This document shows, in pieces, positions 10,757 to 22,490 of a DNA stretch of 27,877 nucleotides. Source of the DNA: Lama guanicoe (taxonomy: Eukaryota); contig MU053754.1 of the NCBI GenBank assembly GCA_013239625.1, positions 1,717,966-1,745,842 of the forward strand. The letters are read 5' to 3'. The notes beneath the pieces were generated by a model. The model was not told the origin of the DNA. It ran no database searches and saw only the letters and a list, made by a program, of their open reading frames with translations. Each line of letters starts with the position of its first letter. The stretch's first letter is position 1. Both the position numbers and the translations under genes were made by a program.

Positions 10757-11656
10757 CGGGATACACTCGGCGCTGCTGGGGAGGGGCTCCTGCTGCCAGG
10801 TCCTGTGAGTCAGGCCCAGGGCCTGGCTCCTTCCTGCAGCAGGGAGAATGGGGCACGGCCTGGCTGCATTTGTTTGCTGTTTTTGTATCCTAATTCTGCT
10901 CCTGTGACACATGCTGCTAAGATTGACCTGATTGGACCGTGTTCTTTTGCAAAATTCTGATTTTATAATGATAGTTCAGTCCGAACTGGGGGAGTGTTCT
11001 CATAGGTATGAGAGGACGCGAAAGCGCTTGTGTTCTGCCCATCTTCTCAGCAGTGCTGAACTCCACACCGCCTGGGGAAAGCCCTGCAACAGCTGTATTA
11101 CCTACTGGGCAGTTTGGAAAAGTATCTTTCACCGTCATTCTCAAAGCTGTTGTCATGTCTGACAACAGAAAATGGAATTTCTTAATCCACTTGCATTGAA
11201 TTTAAAACCCACTTAAACCGGGGGCTTCAGGTGTTAGGATTCTTGAGTCCTAATGAGCAGATAGTCTATTGAGTTGTGTCTGCTGGCTTCTGCTGTGACT
11301 ATAACAAGAAATGTTGTAGGATTTCAGTCTTCGTCTCAAACCAGCTGAAAATCATGTTATGTGTCAATGTGACTTTTTATTCAAGAAAACTTACTGTTCA
11401 GGTATAATTTGAATGAGAAAGCCTATCTACAGGCCTCTTACCAACTTAAATTATGCGATTACGTGTTTGACGTTAGAGGCAGTGTACTTATTTAAATTCT
11501 TTGTATCCAGGCAAATGAAGTGTTTTCTTTTTTTTTTTAAGTTGGAAGTTGTCTCCATTTTTCTGATTGTATGGAAGCAATGTAACTATATATTTTGTTG
11601 AACACTTATGCGTACATACATAGGAAAATCTTTGCTTTAAGGATATCAGAGAGGTT

Positions 11657-12330
11657 CTTTTAAAAAAACAGCTTTACTAAGCCATAGTTGACATACAAAA
11701 ATCCACCTGTTTAAAATGAACAATTCAGTGATTTTTCGTAAATTTACAGAGCTGTGTAGACTTTGCCACAGTACAATTTTAGAACATTTATCACCTAAAA
11801 AGAATCCCTCTGCCCATTGGCAGTACTTCCCTCCGCGTGAAGCCCCCAGCAACCATTAATCTCTTTTGTGTCTCTATGGATTTGCTTGTTCTGGACATTT
11901 CAAGTAAATGGAATCATACAGTATGTGTCTTTGGTGTGTGACCTCTTTCACGTTGTATAACGCTTTAAGAGTTCATCCATGTTGTGGCCTGAATCAGTGC
12001 TTCACTCTTTTTTATTGCTGAGTGATATTCCATTGTTACGAATATACCATGTTTTGCTTATCCGTCCCCTAGCTGATGGGCATGTGGGCTGTTTCTACTT
12101 TTTAGCTGTTATGAATAAACTGCTGTAAATGTTAGTGTACAGGTTTTTGTGTGGACATAAGTTTTCAGTTCTCTTGGGTATATTTCCTCCAAGGGGAATT
12201 GCTGGGCCATATGGCGGCTGTGCTTCATGAGGACCCGCCAGACTGTTTTCCAGAGTGCCTGTGTCATTTTACATTCTCCCCACAGCGTGTGAACATTCCA
12301 GTTTCTCCACATCCTCACCCGCACTTGTCA
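11657..12330 (-). mobile_element. L1MB-type LINE-1 3' end
   Basis: AACAGCTTTACT...ACAATTCAGTGATTTTT...AATTTTAGAACATTT...AATGGAATCATACAGTATGTG...GTTCATCCATGTTGT...CCAGACTGTTTTCCAGAGTG...TTCCAGTTTCTCCACATCCTCACC is the classic antisense L1MB 3'UTR and ORF2 end. ORF 12109..12324(-) is an ORF2 C-terminal-like remnant. Confidence 0.92.
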
Positions 12331-12419
12331 TCATCTCTCACAGAACTTTCTGAATCTTGGTAATAACACCTAGAGTGTTGCTTGTTGAGTAGGAAGTTAG
12401 GGGTTTGATCACCTGCTTT

Positions 12420-12570
12420 GGAGACCATGAGCTCCTTGAAGAAAGGAGCTGGGCCAGCTTTCTGTGTCTGCAGTATCATGAGTGTCAGGCCAGCTTTATG
12501 TCTCTGCGTATCAAGAGCATCTTTTAAAGCCTGGTCTGAGCAGATGGGGGAATAAAGGAATGAATGAGCG
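12420..12570 (+). mobile_element. L2 LINE 3' end fragment
   Basis: AGACCATGAGCTCCTTGAAGAAAGG...GCCTGG...AATAAAGGAATGAATGA resembles the L2 3' terminus. Confidence 0.55.
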
Positions 12571-13221
12571 ATGACCAGCAGAGAAAGGACCCGTGGGCAG
12601 TGAGGTCCCCGGGTCTTGCAGGGACTCAGGGCTCAGGCACAAGGGTGAGTCTTGGTTCTGTGCTGTTTATACCCTGGAGTCTTTATCCTCAGGACTTAAG
12701 TTCCCAGATTGAGCACCACCCTTTCCCAACCCTTTATTCTTCATCCTCTGTTCCTGAAGCTCCTGCTGGGAGACTCAGCTGCGTTCTTGAGGGCCAGGCT
12801 GGGGTGTGAAGCATTGGGAGCCAGAGTGCAGGTTTTCAGAACAGAAGTCCTCGTGGAGGGACCAGATCGCATGACCCTGTGGCACTGGAGGAACCACAGG
12901 GGAGTGGGAGCAGGATGCTGAGGAGAGTGAGGCCCTTGGAGTGACAGGATTCAGGGGGCGCTCACTCTCGGGCTCTCCCCTCGCTCCCCCTCATCCCGCC
13001 CTGGGTGACAGGTGTCCTGCTGCTTCGTTCTGCCAGGCTACCGGGATCGGTTCTGTAGCTCCTTGTCTGAGGTGCTGTGCAAACCGCAGGCGGATTGCTC
13101 TGTGAGCTCCCTGACGCCCAGAACTCTCTCTCAAAGGGATTGTGAGATGTTGACAGTCACAGGGCAGAGGGCAGAGTGCTGCGGTGTGACTAGCACAGCA
13201 GGAGCTCCGCAGAGAGCAGGG

Positions 13222-13756
13222 GTATATGCTTCCATGGCCGCTGTCAGTGTGACAAGGACCACAAACAGAGGGGCTCAAAACATCACACGTTTCTCATCCC
13301 CCAGTTCTAGAGGTCACAAGTCCAAAACGGGTCTCCCTGGACCAAAACTGAGGTGTCTGCAGGGACACCTTCTTTTCTGGAGGCTCTTGGGAAAATCTTT
13401 TTTTGTTGTTGTTTTGTTTTGTTTCATTTTCTGTTTTTTTCCAGTTACCTTTTCCTGTTCCTAGAGTCTGCCTGTGTCCCTTGGCTCCTGGCTCTTCCTC
13501 CTTCTTGAAAGCCAGCCACGGTTGAGTCTTTCTCAGTCACTTTGCTGACACCGCCTCTCCTGAAACCCTCTTCTCCATTGGATAGATCCCCCGATTACTC
13601 TGGGCCGCCATGTAATGCAGGATGATGTCTTTCTTTAAGGTTGAATTAGCCCCCCGAGGTCCGACTGCACACTCCGTGCCATGGGGCGACCGCAGTCACA
13701 GGCTCTGGGGTAGGAGGGCCTCAGCTTGGGTGACAGGGGCCTGATTCTGCTGCACA
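13222..13756 (-). mobile_element. MaLR solo LTR, MLT1C/D-like, antisense
   Basis: ACCACAAAC...GGCTCAAAACA...CAGTTCTAGAGGTCACAAGTCCAAAA...TCTGGAGGCTCTTGGGAAAATC...CCTTGGCTCCTGGC...CACAGGCTCTGGGGTAGGA...ATTCTGCTGCACA. Confidence 0.85.
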
Positions 13757-13779
13757 GATGGCGCTGGTTACGGTATTGT

Positions 13780-14300
13780 AATCGTTTATTCCTGAAATGC
13801 TGTTGGCCCCAGCCCCCTGCTTTCCTGGCTGTGCAGGAACCAGCACTTCAGCAGGAACAGCGAGGAGCTGGGTTTGTTTTCCCAAGCAGTCGTGTCATCC
13901 GTCACGTATTTCTGAGGGACAACCTGGGATCAGACCTCTGCTTTAGGAAGATTCATACAGTTTTGTGGATTTTCAGGGGGAAAGTTGAGGCGGAGGGAAA
14001 CCGTATCAGCCATCAAGAGGCACCAGGTAGGCGGGTGGCACTGGCGTGGAGAGGTCATGTAGGGACTCTATGGGCTTGAAGTGACCAGTCTTGGTGCCTG
14101 ATGGATGGATGGGAAGGGGTCGGGAAGGGCAAGGAATGAGTCCAAATGGGAGCAGCGAAGCCTTGAGCCTGGGAGGAAAGGGTAACAATGGGTGAGTCAG
14201 AGGAAATAGTAAAGAGACTGGAGGAGATGGATGTTTACCGTTGAAATAGTGTCCTTCGGGGGCTGGACATGGATCCACGTGGAGATACGAAGCAGGCGGA
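13780..14300 (-). mobile_element. L2 LINE fragment, antisense
   Basis: GATCAGACCTCTGCTTTAGGAAGAT, CAGTCTTGGTGCCTGATGGATG, TTGAGCCTGGGAG and ATCCACGTGGAGATAC match purine-rich antisense L2 motifs in order. Confidence 0.65.
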
Positions 14301-14514
14301 GAAAAGGAAAAAAATGCCTCAGAAAGAGCTTCGGCGTTACAGGCAAGAGGGCCACCACGTTGGATGACGTTCCACGGGAACGGAGCTAGAGAAGGGAATT
14401 CAGGGGCAGGATGTTGGGGAAATGCCTGCGTCTCATGCATCGAGGATGAAGGGGAACCAGGGAAAGGATCTGAGAAAGGGGGTAGTTCGACACAGGAAAA
14501 GAATGAAAATTCCT

Positions 14515-14615
14515 AAATTCATTCACTGCGTGTTGACAAGCGGCTCCCACTCAACCAGGCACGGGGGCACTAAAAGCCCACGCAGCTCCTGCCCACGTGG
14601 AGTGTGCGGTCCAGC
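14515..14615 (-). mobile_element. L2 3' tail fragment, antisense
   Basis: ATTCATTCAC...CCAGGCAC...TCCTGCCCACGTGGAG...GTCCAG. Confidence 0.45.
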
Positions 14616-17084
14616 TCGACAACCTGGACCCGCTCCCGTGGTTGAGGGTGGCCACTGCACAAGCTGGGCAGCAGGGGGCTAGAGGCACAGCCGTGCCAGG
14701 TGCCCTGACGACTGGGAAGGATGAGGCTTGGTCATCCCGTTTGTTGACTATGTGGAAGGAACTGATTATTTCACGACAGCAGAGGGAGGACGCTTCCCTT
14801 GACAATTCACTTGGTTCTAACCAAGGGCCGTCACCCTAACTGCGCCGTGTTGGGGTCTGCAGGCTTACTTAACTCACTCCCTGTGCAGAAACCTTCGCCT
14901 GGGACCTTGGCATTCCTAGTTTGTTGTTCTGGAACCTCTGGGTTGATGACTTGTCTCTGATACCTACAGTAGCCATGTAATTTCTTGTCCAAATTGGGAC
15001 ACTTTAGAGAGAGAAAGGCAGCACTGCTCATAATGACCTGGAGACAGCGGGGATCAACCAGGATTGTCTCAAGCAAGAAGACAGGTGAATGTGTTACTGT
15101 TCTGAAATAAAGGTAACATTTAGCTCATGATGTTTTTCCTGAAATTCTCAACTCAAACTTGTGGGAAAGTTTTAATGCCAGGTATTTTGTGTTTATTTCC
15201 GAGGAAGCCTGGAAATGTGTCTGTACACACAGCAGGCGCTGTTCCCGTGTTGTGTGCTGCTCTCATGCAAACCTCTGCAGACCCTGTTGTGATAAACAGA
15301 AACAAGAAATGTCAGAGGCATCATTGACTTTAGTGCCGTTACCTAGTCTTGCCATTGGGAACCTTTCCCTTAAATATTAGGCAGTAAAGTACCGCTAGTG
15401 TAGGTGGTCCACAGAAGTTTTTGACAGTTAAAAAATGGTTCTCCCTGCTTTACTGAGGCATCATTTGCAAGAGCAAGGAATTGAATGCCATGGTGAAAGA
15501 TCAAAGTATAATCTAGCCCAGTGGGTTACTAGGCAACCACTAAAAGCAATATTGCAGAAGTGGTATATTTATTGGCACCAAAATGTGTTTACGATATAGT
15601 GTAACATGTTTCTGTGACCCCAAGAGACCCACAGCCCAGTTGGGACTTGGAGCACTGCTGAGACACATCCTTGGAGTAAACCAGGCTGTCGGGAGATCTG
15701 CGTGCTGCTAACATATTGTTAATCCACTCATGAATTTGATTTATGTAGCTGTGCCTTGGTGCTGTAGACTTACCCAACATTGAGGGCTATTTTAAGAAGC
15801 GGCCCGGTGAAAATCTCTCCGATAGCATTTACGGAGGCTGGAGTTGTCCCGAGTGCACCGTTCCTGCTGTGGGACACGTGGGAGACGTTTCTCCCCTGTG
15901 TCAAACCCTAGAAACTGTGTTTTTGATACTTGTATGTTCTTCAGTTTTTGAATACTGTAAATCAGGCATCTAATCATACATGTTTCTTTGAATATATGTC
16001 TAGGAAACTCAGAATCTGATTTATGTAGTTCCCTTCCAACTGAAGTAAAGTTTTATGTGACGGCGAACTTTGAGTACTGCCCTCACCTTTCAGCTTTATC
16101 TCATTTTTTGTGCCATTGTCTTCTGTTTGCCCTGATTTTCCCAGTTAATTATTTTATTTTTGCTACTGTGTGTGTGTGGCGGGGGTGGACCTCCCCTCAA
16201 ATCTTTTTCTTCTTTTCTTTTCCCAGGTGGGAAATTATGAAGTATTTTTGTGAATAAGAGAGCACTGTGGCTTCTGGGAAGTTGCTGGCCTTCAGTGGCT
16301 TTTGAATTCTGATGCGCTAGCGGCATCTTCTTTTAATCTGGCAGCTTCCTGTTGAAGTCTGTCCATACGAAGTGTATGTCTAAATTTAGTATGACGAGGG
16401 CTATCAAAAGCAGCTGGTGAGCAGACCCTCACCAAAGTTAAGCTTTCTAGGCCTTGCAAACCTGAAAATTAAAAGATCTTTTAAACCAATTTATGAAAGA
16501 AAGATTCATGCGAGTTAACAAAGGTCCTGAATCATTTAATTTTACTGGAAAAAAAAAAACGTTAAAAAATTCTTGTCCTTAAAGATGCGTTGAATGAAGC
16601 GGAAATTCTTTTTCTGTCTCCATCAGTGTGTTGGAGCCATTTCCTCTAAACTTCATTGAAAACTGGCTCTTAGAGCCTTCCGTGTGCTTCATAACTTTAG
16701 TTGAAAAGGAGGAAGTGAAACCGAGGTCTAAGGTTTTACAAGTTGCTCCCTGAACAGGAATAAAGAATTAGTGCAGGAAGGTTAGCTGTTCCTCAGTAGA
16801 TGGGAAGGACAGATCTGTAGTGACTTTTCTGGATCAGTTCAGGGCCTCGGCTGTTCTGTTAATAACATCCAGGAGTAACAGCCTCTGAGTAACAGCTTTG
16901 CTGTGTGTTTGACCCACGAGGTCGCTCTTCCTCCCGCCTGCCGTGTAAAGTAGGCGTCCTCATCGCATCTTCACGGGAGAGGCATCCACGAGGCTCACGG
17001 GTTCTTGTCTGGGACCACACGTGCGCCTGGTGACGAGGCTGCCAGCTGATTCCAGATCGTGTGGACTACATCCGATGCCTGCGT

Positions 17085-17250
17085 GGTGTTCACAGTGTGC
17101 CAGGGAGGGCTCTCTGCCCTGTGCGTGTACGCGCGGTGGTGTGCACCCCTCGTGTCGTTGTGAGGATTCCATTAGTTATCTGTCCCATTTGTACAGATGA
17201 GGACCTGGGGGCCCGAGGAAGCCCTGTGCTCTGTGCCCTGTGACTGTGCT
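17085..17250 (-). mobile_element. MIR SINE fragment
   Basis: TGTGCCAGG...TGTGAGG...TTATCTGTCCCATTTGTACAGATGAGGACCTGGGGGCCCGAGG matches the MIR core (CCCATTTTACAGATGAGGAAACTGAGGC). Confidence 0.65.
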
Positions 17251-17372
17251 CTTAGTCACCAGGCCGACTGCATCCCAGGTAAGGTAACAGAACGTGTCCA
17301 TATCACCACCAGCAGGGGCTCTGATGACAAGGGCTGTCTCCGTTCTCGCTTTCATTGTGGCGCCAGAGGGGT

Positions 17373-17434
17373 GGGCCTGGAGGGGGTGCCCCGGCAGCCA
17401 GGCGGGCCTGGAGGGGGTGCCCTGGCAGCCAGGC
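17373..17434. repeat. 31-bp tandem duplication, 2 copies
   Basis: GGGCCTGGAGGGGGTGCCCCGGCAGCCAGGC (17373-17403) and GGGCCTGGAGGGGGTGCCCTGGCAGCCAGGC (17404-17434), 30/31 identical. Confidence 0.95.
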
Positions 17435-18400
17435 CTGGATTCCACAGGGAGTTTGCAGACAGGGCAGGACGGACAGGTTACATGGAGATGCTACTGGCGA
17501 CGCAGTTCTCGGGCTCCGACACCTGGGTTCTCTCAAAGGCGCGAGGCTGGGGAATGTGAAACCGGTTGGGGGAGCTTGTTAACTGTGCGGGCAGGACAGT
17601 TCGGGTGGAGGGGTGTTGGACCACTCAGAGTCCGTGGTGGTCTCGAGGCAGATGTGGATGGATTGGAGAGGCATCGAAAGCAGAGCTGCCGGGCCTTGGT
17701 AGTGATGAGTTTGAGAGTGTCGGGTGTTTTTGTTTTCGTTTTTAACTTTAATTTTTATTTAGGACAGCTTTCTGATGTCCTACATATGGAGGTGACACTT
17801 GGAGAAGCACTTGGGTTTGTGAATAGGACTATGTGTATGTGTGTGCGCCCGTGTGTGTGTTAATACTCGTTGAATTAGCTGATCATTGACATTGGCGTCC
17901 TAGATTTTGAGGCCTTTATGTAAGCAGAGTTGAATTTAATTGTTTTTCTAAAGGGCTTTGCTTGCTGTGTTGTTAAAGGAAATTGAAGACGCTGCAATTG
18001 ACCTTTCCAGGTGAGGAGGGAATAGGATGTGTTTGGAAATCGTAGAAACTAAGACACGCACACCAGGACCATATGGTGTTCAGAGCCTTCTGTCATAATT
18101 TCAGTGAATAAATAATGTGCTTGACAGTCAAACCTAAAAGTGTGCTGAATGCTGATTGCAGACTTGGAGACGGCGCTTTGGGAGATGAGGAAGAGATTAA
18201 TCAGGATTCTTTCCTACCTCCTGATGCACTCACGTGTCATCTCTTAACCGGAACCTGTGTCATGTGAAGATTATCTTTATCATTTGGTGTCGTATCTGTG
18301 GGGAGAAATTCAGATCACTGTTGATGGACAATTTGCTGAATAAAAAAGAGCATGTTCTCCTAATAGTTTATCATCTTTAAATGTTGTGATTCTTTTTCTC

Positions 18401-18440
18401 CACCAAATAAAATTTCATGCCACTAAATAAAATTTAATGC
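18401..18440. repeat. 20-bp tandem duplication, each copy containing AATAAA
   Basis: CACCAAATAAAATTTCATGC / CACTAAATAAAATTTAATGC, 18/20 identical. Confidence 0.9.
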
Positions 18441-19908
18441 TTGGAAACCATTACTGTGCGACAAATAGCTTATTAAAATGTGCCATGGGCTTGTTTTTTC
18501 CTGTTGACATTAGCTCTGGGTGGATTATATAACTATAAGCCCAGTTGGGTCGTATTACTCCCCTATCTCGTACCAGATTTCCGTGTGACAGGTCCTGCCT
18601 TGTCTTTATGTGGAATTTATTTGGCGTATCATGGTGTGAGTTGAGAGTGCTTCCCATATGTCGTGTGTGACGTATGGTTGACTGCTGGCGTGGGCTGGTG
18701 GGTGGGTGATACAGGTGTGCGGACGCGTGCACTCAGGCGGTAATACGCATTCACAGTATTGATTTTGGCAGTTCTGAAAGCATGAAATACTTATTGGCGT
18801 CATAATACATGAAGGAAGAAACAAGTTTTATAATGTCTTGGTTAGTGTCTCTTTTTCTCCTTATTTGAGTAACTCATACTTTTACACTGAACTTGTAAAA
18901 CCTACAAGCATAATAAAATGTCGTTTTACAGGAACGAATGGATATTAAATGACTTACCCGAAGAGAAGATGAAAAAAATATGTTTCCCCATTGAGCGTTA
19001 AAAATGAATGATGTTTCCAGCATATTTATTTCCCTATACCTACAGTGCGGGTAGGTTTATTTTTCTTAAAAGTTGAAAAAGGAATAGTGACTTCCTTTCC
19101 GTTGCCATCTGCTCTTTGTTAGAGACGCACACCTGCGACAGGCCGGCTGTCCTCCGTCCTGAGCTTCAATGGAGGTGGCTCCGATGAAGCGGCCGGCTGG
19201 TTGCCTTTTTGGTGGGTGCACAGCACTTGTGCGCTTTGGTTCTGTTCTGTTTTCTGTCTTGGTGATTGTTCATAGAGTGTCTGGATTAATACTTGTGCTG
19301 TTTGTGACATTTGTTGAGTGAGTAAACGAATGAACGAATGTGCAGAGAAGGCCCTGGCGTGCTGTTTCTGTCCCCTGAAGAGCCTGCCGTGCAGAAGTAG
19401 CGCTTCCTACCCGAGCACGTGGGAGGAACCGTGTCCTTCACCCCCGGGTGGTGGGCTGAGCGCTCTCTGACTGCAGTTGCGGGGTGGCATTCAGAGAAGT
19501 TTCCATCAGCAGCTTACCAGTTGTCTGTCCTTGTGTCTCATAATTTTTAATGATACAAGTACAAAACAGATTCCTGTTTGGGAAGGTACTTTCCTTTCTC
19601 CCCTCAGATGAAAGAGGGACCTCAGTTGCCCTCTTTACGCACTGGGTGTGATAAAATCTGTTCTTAGGTGCAAAGGGATGCTTCTGCTTGTGTGACATCA
19701 TTCTAAAAGGTCCTCAAGTTCTTATGAGGAAGGAGGCCGTAAGGAATTACATCATAGAAACTCTTCCTGGAAATAGTAACGGCGGGGATTTAGACCTTGG
19801 TCTCAATTTCTTCTTCTGAACTTGTGTTCAGTATCATGTTAGAGTTGTGCTAAAGGTACTGATTTTCCTTTGTTGTCTTTTTTTCCTGTTTGTCATAGTC
19901 TGTAGATT

Positions 19909-20095
19909 TATGCTGTCTCATGGGAGCCACTGGCCACGTGTGACTATTTAAACTTTAATTAAAATTAAATAAAATTTAAAAGTCAGCCCCTCAGTTGTAC
20001 TAGCCACATTTCAAGTGCTGAGTTGTCACATGTGACTAAGTGGATAACTTACTGGACAGTGAGGATACAGGGCAGAAAGTTTTATCAGATAGATG
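19909..20095 (-). mobile_element. MER3 (hAT-Charlie) DNA transposon
   Basis: GCTGTC...AGCCACTGGCCACGTGTGACTATTTAAA...AATTAAAATTAAATAAAATT...CTAGCCACATTTCAAGTGCT...TGGACAG...GCAGAAAGTTTTAT matches the reverse complement of MER3. Confidence 0.88.
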
Positions 20096-20239
20096 AGATA
20101 TGGTTATTCAGATCTTTGCCTAATAAGTATTCCAAGAAAGACAGGGGAAAAAAATCTCGAATCTGAAGAAGAGAGAAATTTCCAACCAACTGACTAGAAT
20201 AAAAATTAAGCCCATCAAAAAAATTACTACATAAAGAAG

Positions 20240-21280
20240 GCTCATCATTATGCCATTTTAGAAAATTATGAATAAAGGCAGTATCTAAGCACTTTCTGGA
20301 TTGAAAAGAATGATATGAAGGATCTGGAATCAGAATGACATCATATTTCTTAAGTTGGAACACAGACTGAGGTTTGAATTCTGGCAAATTTATTTTCAGT
20401 CAGAATTTGAAGTCATTCCCTCACTAGTTGTTCATTAAGAATCGCATAAAGATGTTTGTACATGTTCAGGATGTTGGTAGAATTCAGCTTTCATACATCA
20501 CTTCTCAGGAAGCTACTAGGGAATATGTCCCATCAAAACGAGAGACTAAACCAAGAAAGGGGGAGATTAGGGGTCCTGGAAACAGAAAGAAGCAGAAGGA
20601 ATTCTGAAGATGCTGGTGTGGTCTCAGGGCATCTGCTAGTAGCAAACTTAGCTCTGACAGGCACACACAAGAGACCAGAAGTTTCCAAAGGAAAGTCTGG
20701 TGTGTGTATATATCTGAGAGTTGGGGGATGGGGTATGATGTACATTGGAGCTGACAGATTATTGGAGTGAAAAATTAAATTGAAAGATTGTGGAGTGTTG
20801 GAAGAATTATCAAAGAAAACAAAAACAGAGGCGACTAATAATCCCAGGAAAATTTAAGAGTTGCATAAGAAAGGAATCATAATCACACTGTACTGCTTGC
20901 TCAGTGGTGCCCATTCCATTGACAAAATAAAATGTGTAGAGTTTAGGTTTAACCAAAAACTGTGATGCTGTTGGGGAAATGTGGGAGGGTAAGCACAGAA
21001 TCGGTGATGGGGATTTAAACAACCAAAAATCCTTGTTCATATGTGAGAAAATCAAGTAATATCTAAAGTTCATAGGGTATATTATAAGCTGCTTATTTGG
21101 GAACATGGAAGTTTATACCAGAGAGCACCGTCAATAAGAAAAATTGTTCTAAGACTTGAGAGTGGTTGCTTTGGGAAGTAGAATGGGGGCTAAATGGTGC
21201 TAGAAAGCTTGCAATTAAATAGAGGAGTCTTTTGCTTCACCTGTGTATGTGTATTACTTTGGAAAGAATAAAAATGGTTT
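20240..21280 (+). mobile_element. HAL1 (half-L1) element fragment
   Basis: GGAATCAGAATGACATCATATTTCT, TTCTCAGGAAGCTACTAGGGAATATGTCCCATCAAAACGAGAGACTAAACCAAGAAAG and the 3' end TTGAGAGTGGTTGCTTTGGG...TGTATGTGTATTACTTTGGAAAGAATAAAAAT match HAL1 as I recall it. The segment is A-rich against T-rich flanks. Confidence 0.75.
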
Positions 21281-21337
21281 GGAAAATCAAAGTATATACC
21301 TTCTATAAAATTATAGAAATTTTAGTATGGTTTTAAT

Positions 21338-21558
21338 TAGGGGTTCTCAACCTAGGGGATACTGACATTTGAGCCAGATAGTTCTTCGTGAAGCGTGCCT
21401 GTGCTGTGTGCTTAGGCAATTTTGCTGCATTCCTGGCCTCACTAGATGCCAGTGGCATTCTTCCCTGACTCCCAACAACTTGAAGTGTTTCTGGACATTG
21501 CCTGGCGTCCCAGGGGGTGGGGAGGTGGGGCAGAATCAGTCGCATTTGAGAACCACTG
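21338..21558 (-). mobile_element. MER20, full length, reverse orientation
   Basis: TAGGGGTTCTCAACCT...ACTGACATTTGAGCCAGATAGTTCTT...CCTGGCCTCACTAGATGCCAGT...GGACATTGCC...TTGAGAACCACTG. Confidence 0.9.
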
Positions 21559-22159
21559 ATTTAAAGGATTTAAAATCTGATATTTAGTGAGTCGTCTCAA
21601 TATATAAAAATGTGGGGCAGCATTGGTAGTGCAGGAAACAGCAGCTTTGTCACACAGAACCTGAGCCCCTTACGGAACCAGCCAAGTGGATGGGGGCACT
21701 GGGGCGCTCTGACACCCCGGTCCTCATGCTGCAATGTGTCTTAGCCTCGGCTCTTCACCTGGTTAATTCAGGGCTCACTAAAAAAAGAAAAGGCCTCAGG
21801 AGGAAACCATAGCTCCTCTGTCACGCTCAGTGACTTCAGAAAACATATTTTAGATTTTTCACATTATTTTCATGATGGTACAACTTGGATTTTTCCAGAG
21901 CGGAAATACTAATCATTATGGCAACTTGGAAAAAAATTGCACTCTTTGGATCTATTTCTGTGCTCTGTTGGCTGCAGGACAGAGATACATCCCTCCTTCC
22001 TCCCTGCCTCCCTCCTTCCCTCCCTTCCCCAGCAACTCTTTTGCAAGTTCTTGGTTCAGTTACTTGCAAGGTGTCTTCCCTTAGAATTTACAAAAGGAAG
22101 TCAACAGGAAAATGGTTCCTCAGATTTTTTTTGATGTGGATGAAACCTCATAAATAATT

Positions 22160-22250
22160 TAATACCCTCATTTCACAGCTGAGGAATCTCTGGTCCAGAG
22201 AGAGTTTCGTATAATTAATTAGGAGCAAAGTGAGGCCTGTAACTCTGCTC
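22160..22250 (-). mobile_element. MIR core fragment
   Basis: CCTCATTTCACAGCTGAGGAATCTCTGGTCCAGAGAG. Confidence 0.45.
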
Positions 22251-22423
22251 TTCTTTTTTTTTTTTAAAACATTTTAATTTTTTTAAAACATACCATATGT
22301 GCACAATGATGCTGTGGAAGGGAGATGGGCAGTGGGGCGGGCAGTGGAGCTGGCATAGTCTGCCAGCACTGTCATAGCATTTAGGGTTCCGAGCATCATC
22401 TATGGTTGTGGGGTGGGTGGGTG

Positions 22424-22490
22424 NNNNNNNNNNNNNNNNNNNNNNNNNNNNNNNNNNNNNNNNNNNNNNNNNNNNNNNNNNNNNNNNNNN
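22424..22490. other. Assembly gap (67 N)
   Basis: Run of N in the sequence. Confidence 0.99.

Noticed and set aside
10271..10960. 229-aa plus-strand ORF
   Set aside because: Runs through the MLT1 LTR, starts at a non-ATG codon and has no recognisable homology.
17294..17863. 189-aa plus-strand ORF
   Set aside because: Crosses a 31-bp frame-shifting duplication, a T-tract and a TG repeat; not protein-like.
18950..19045. Minus-strand candidate exon ending in CGG|GTAAGT
   Set aside because: Weak acceptor, unrecognised peptide, and opposite to the inferred transcription direction.
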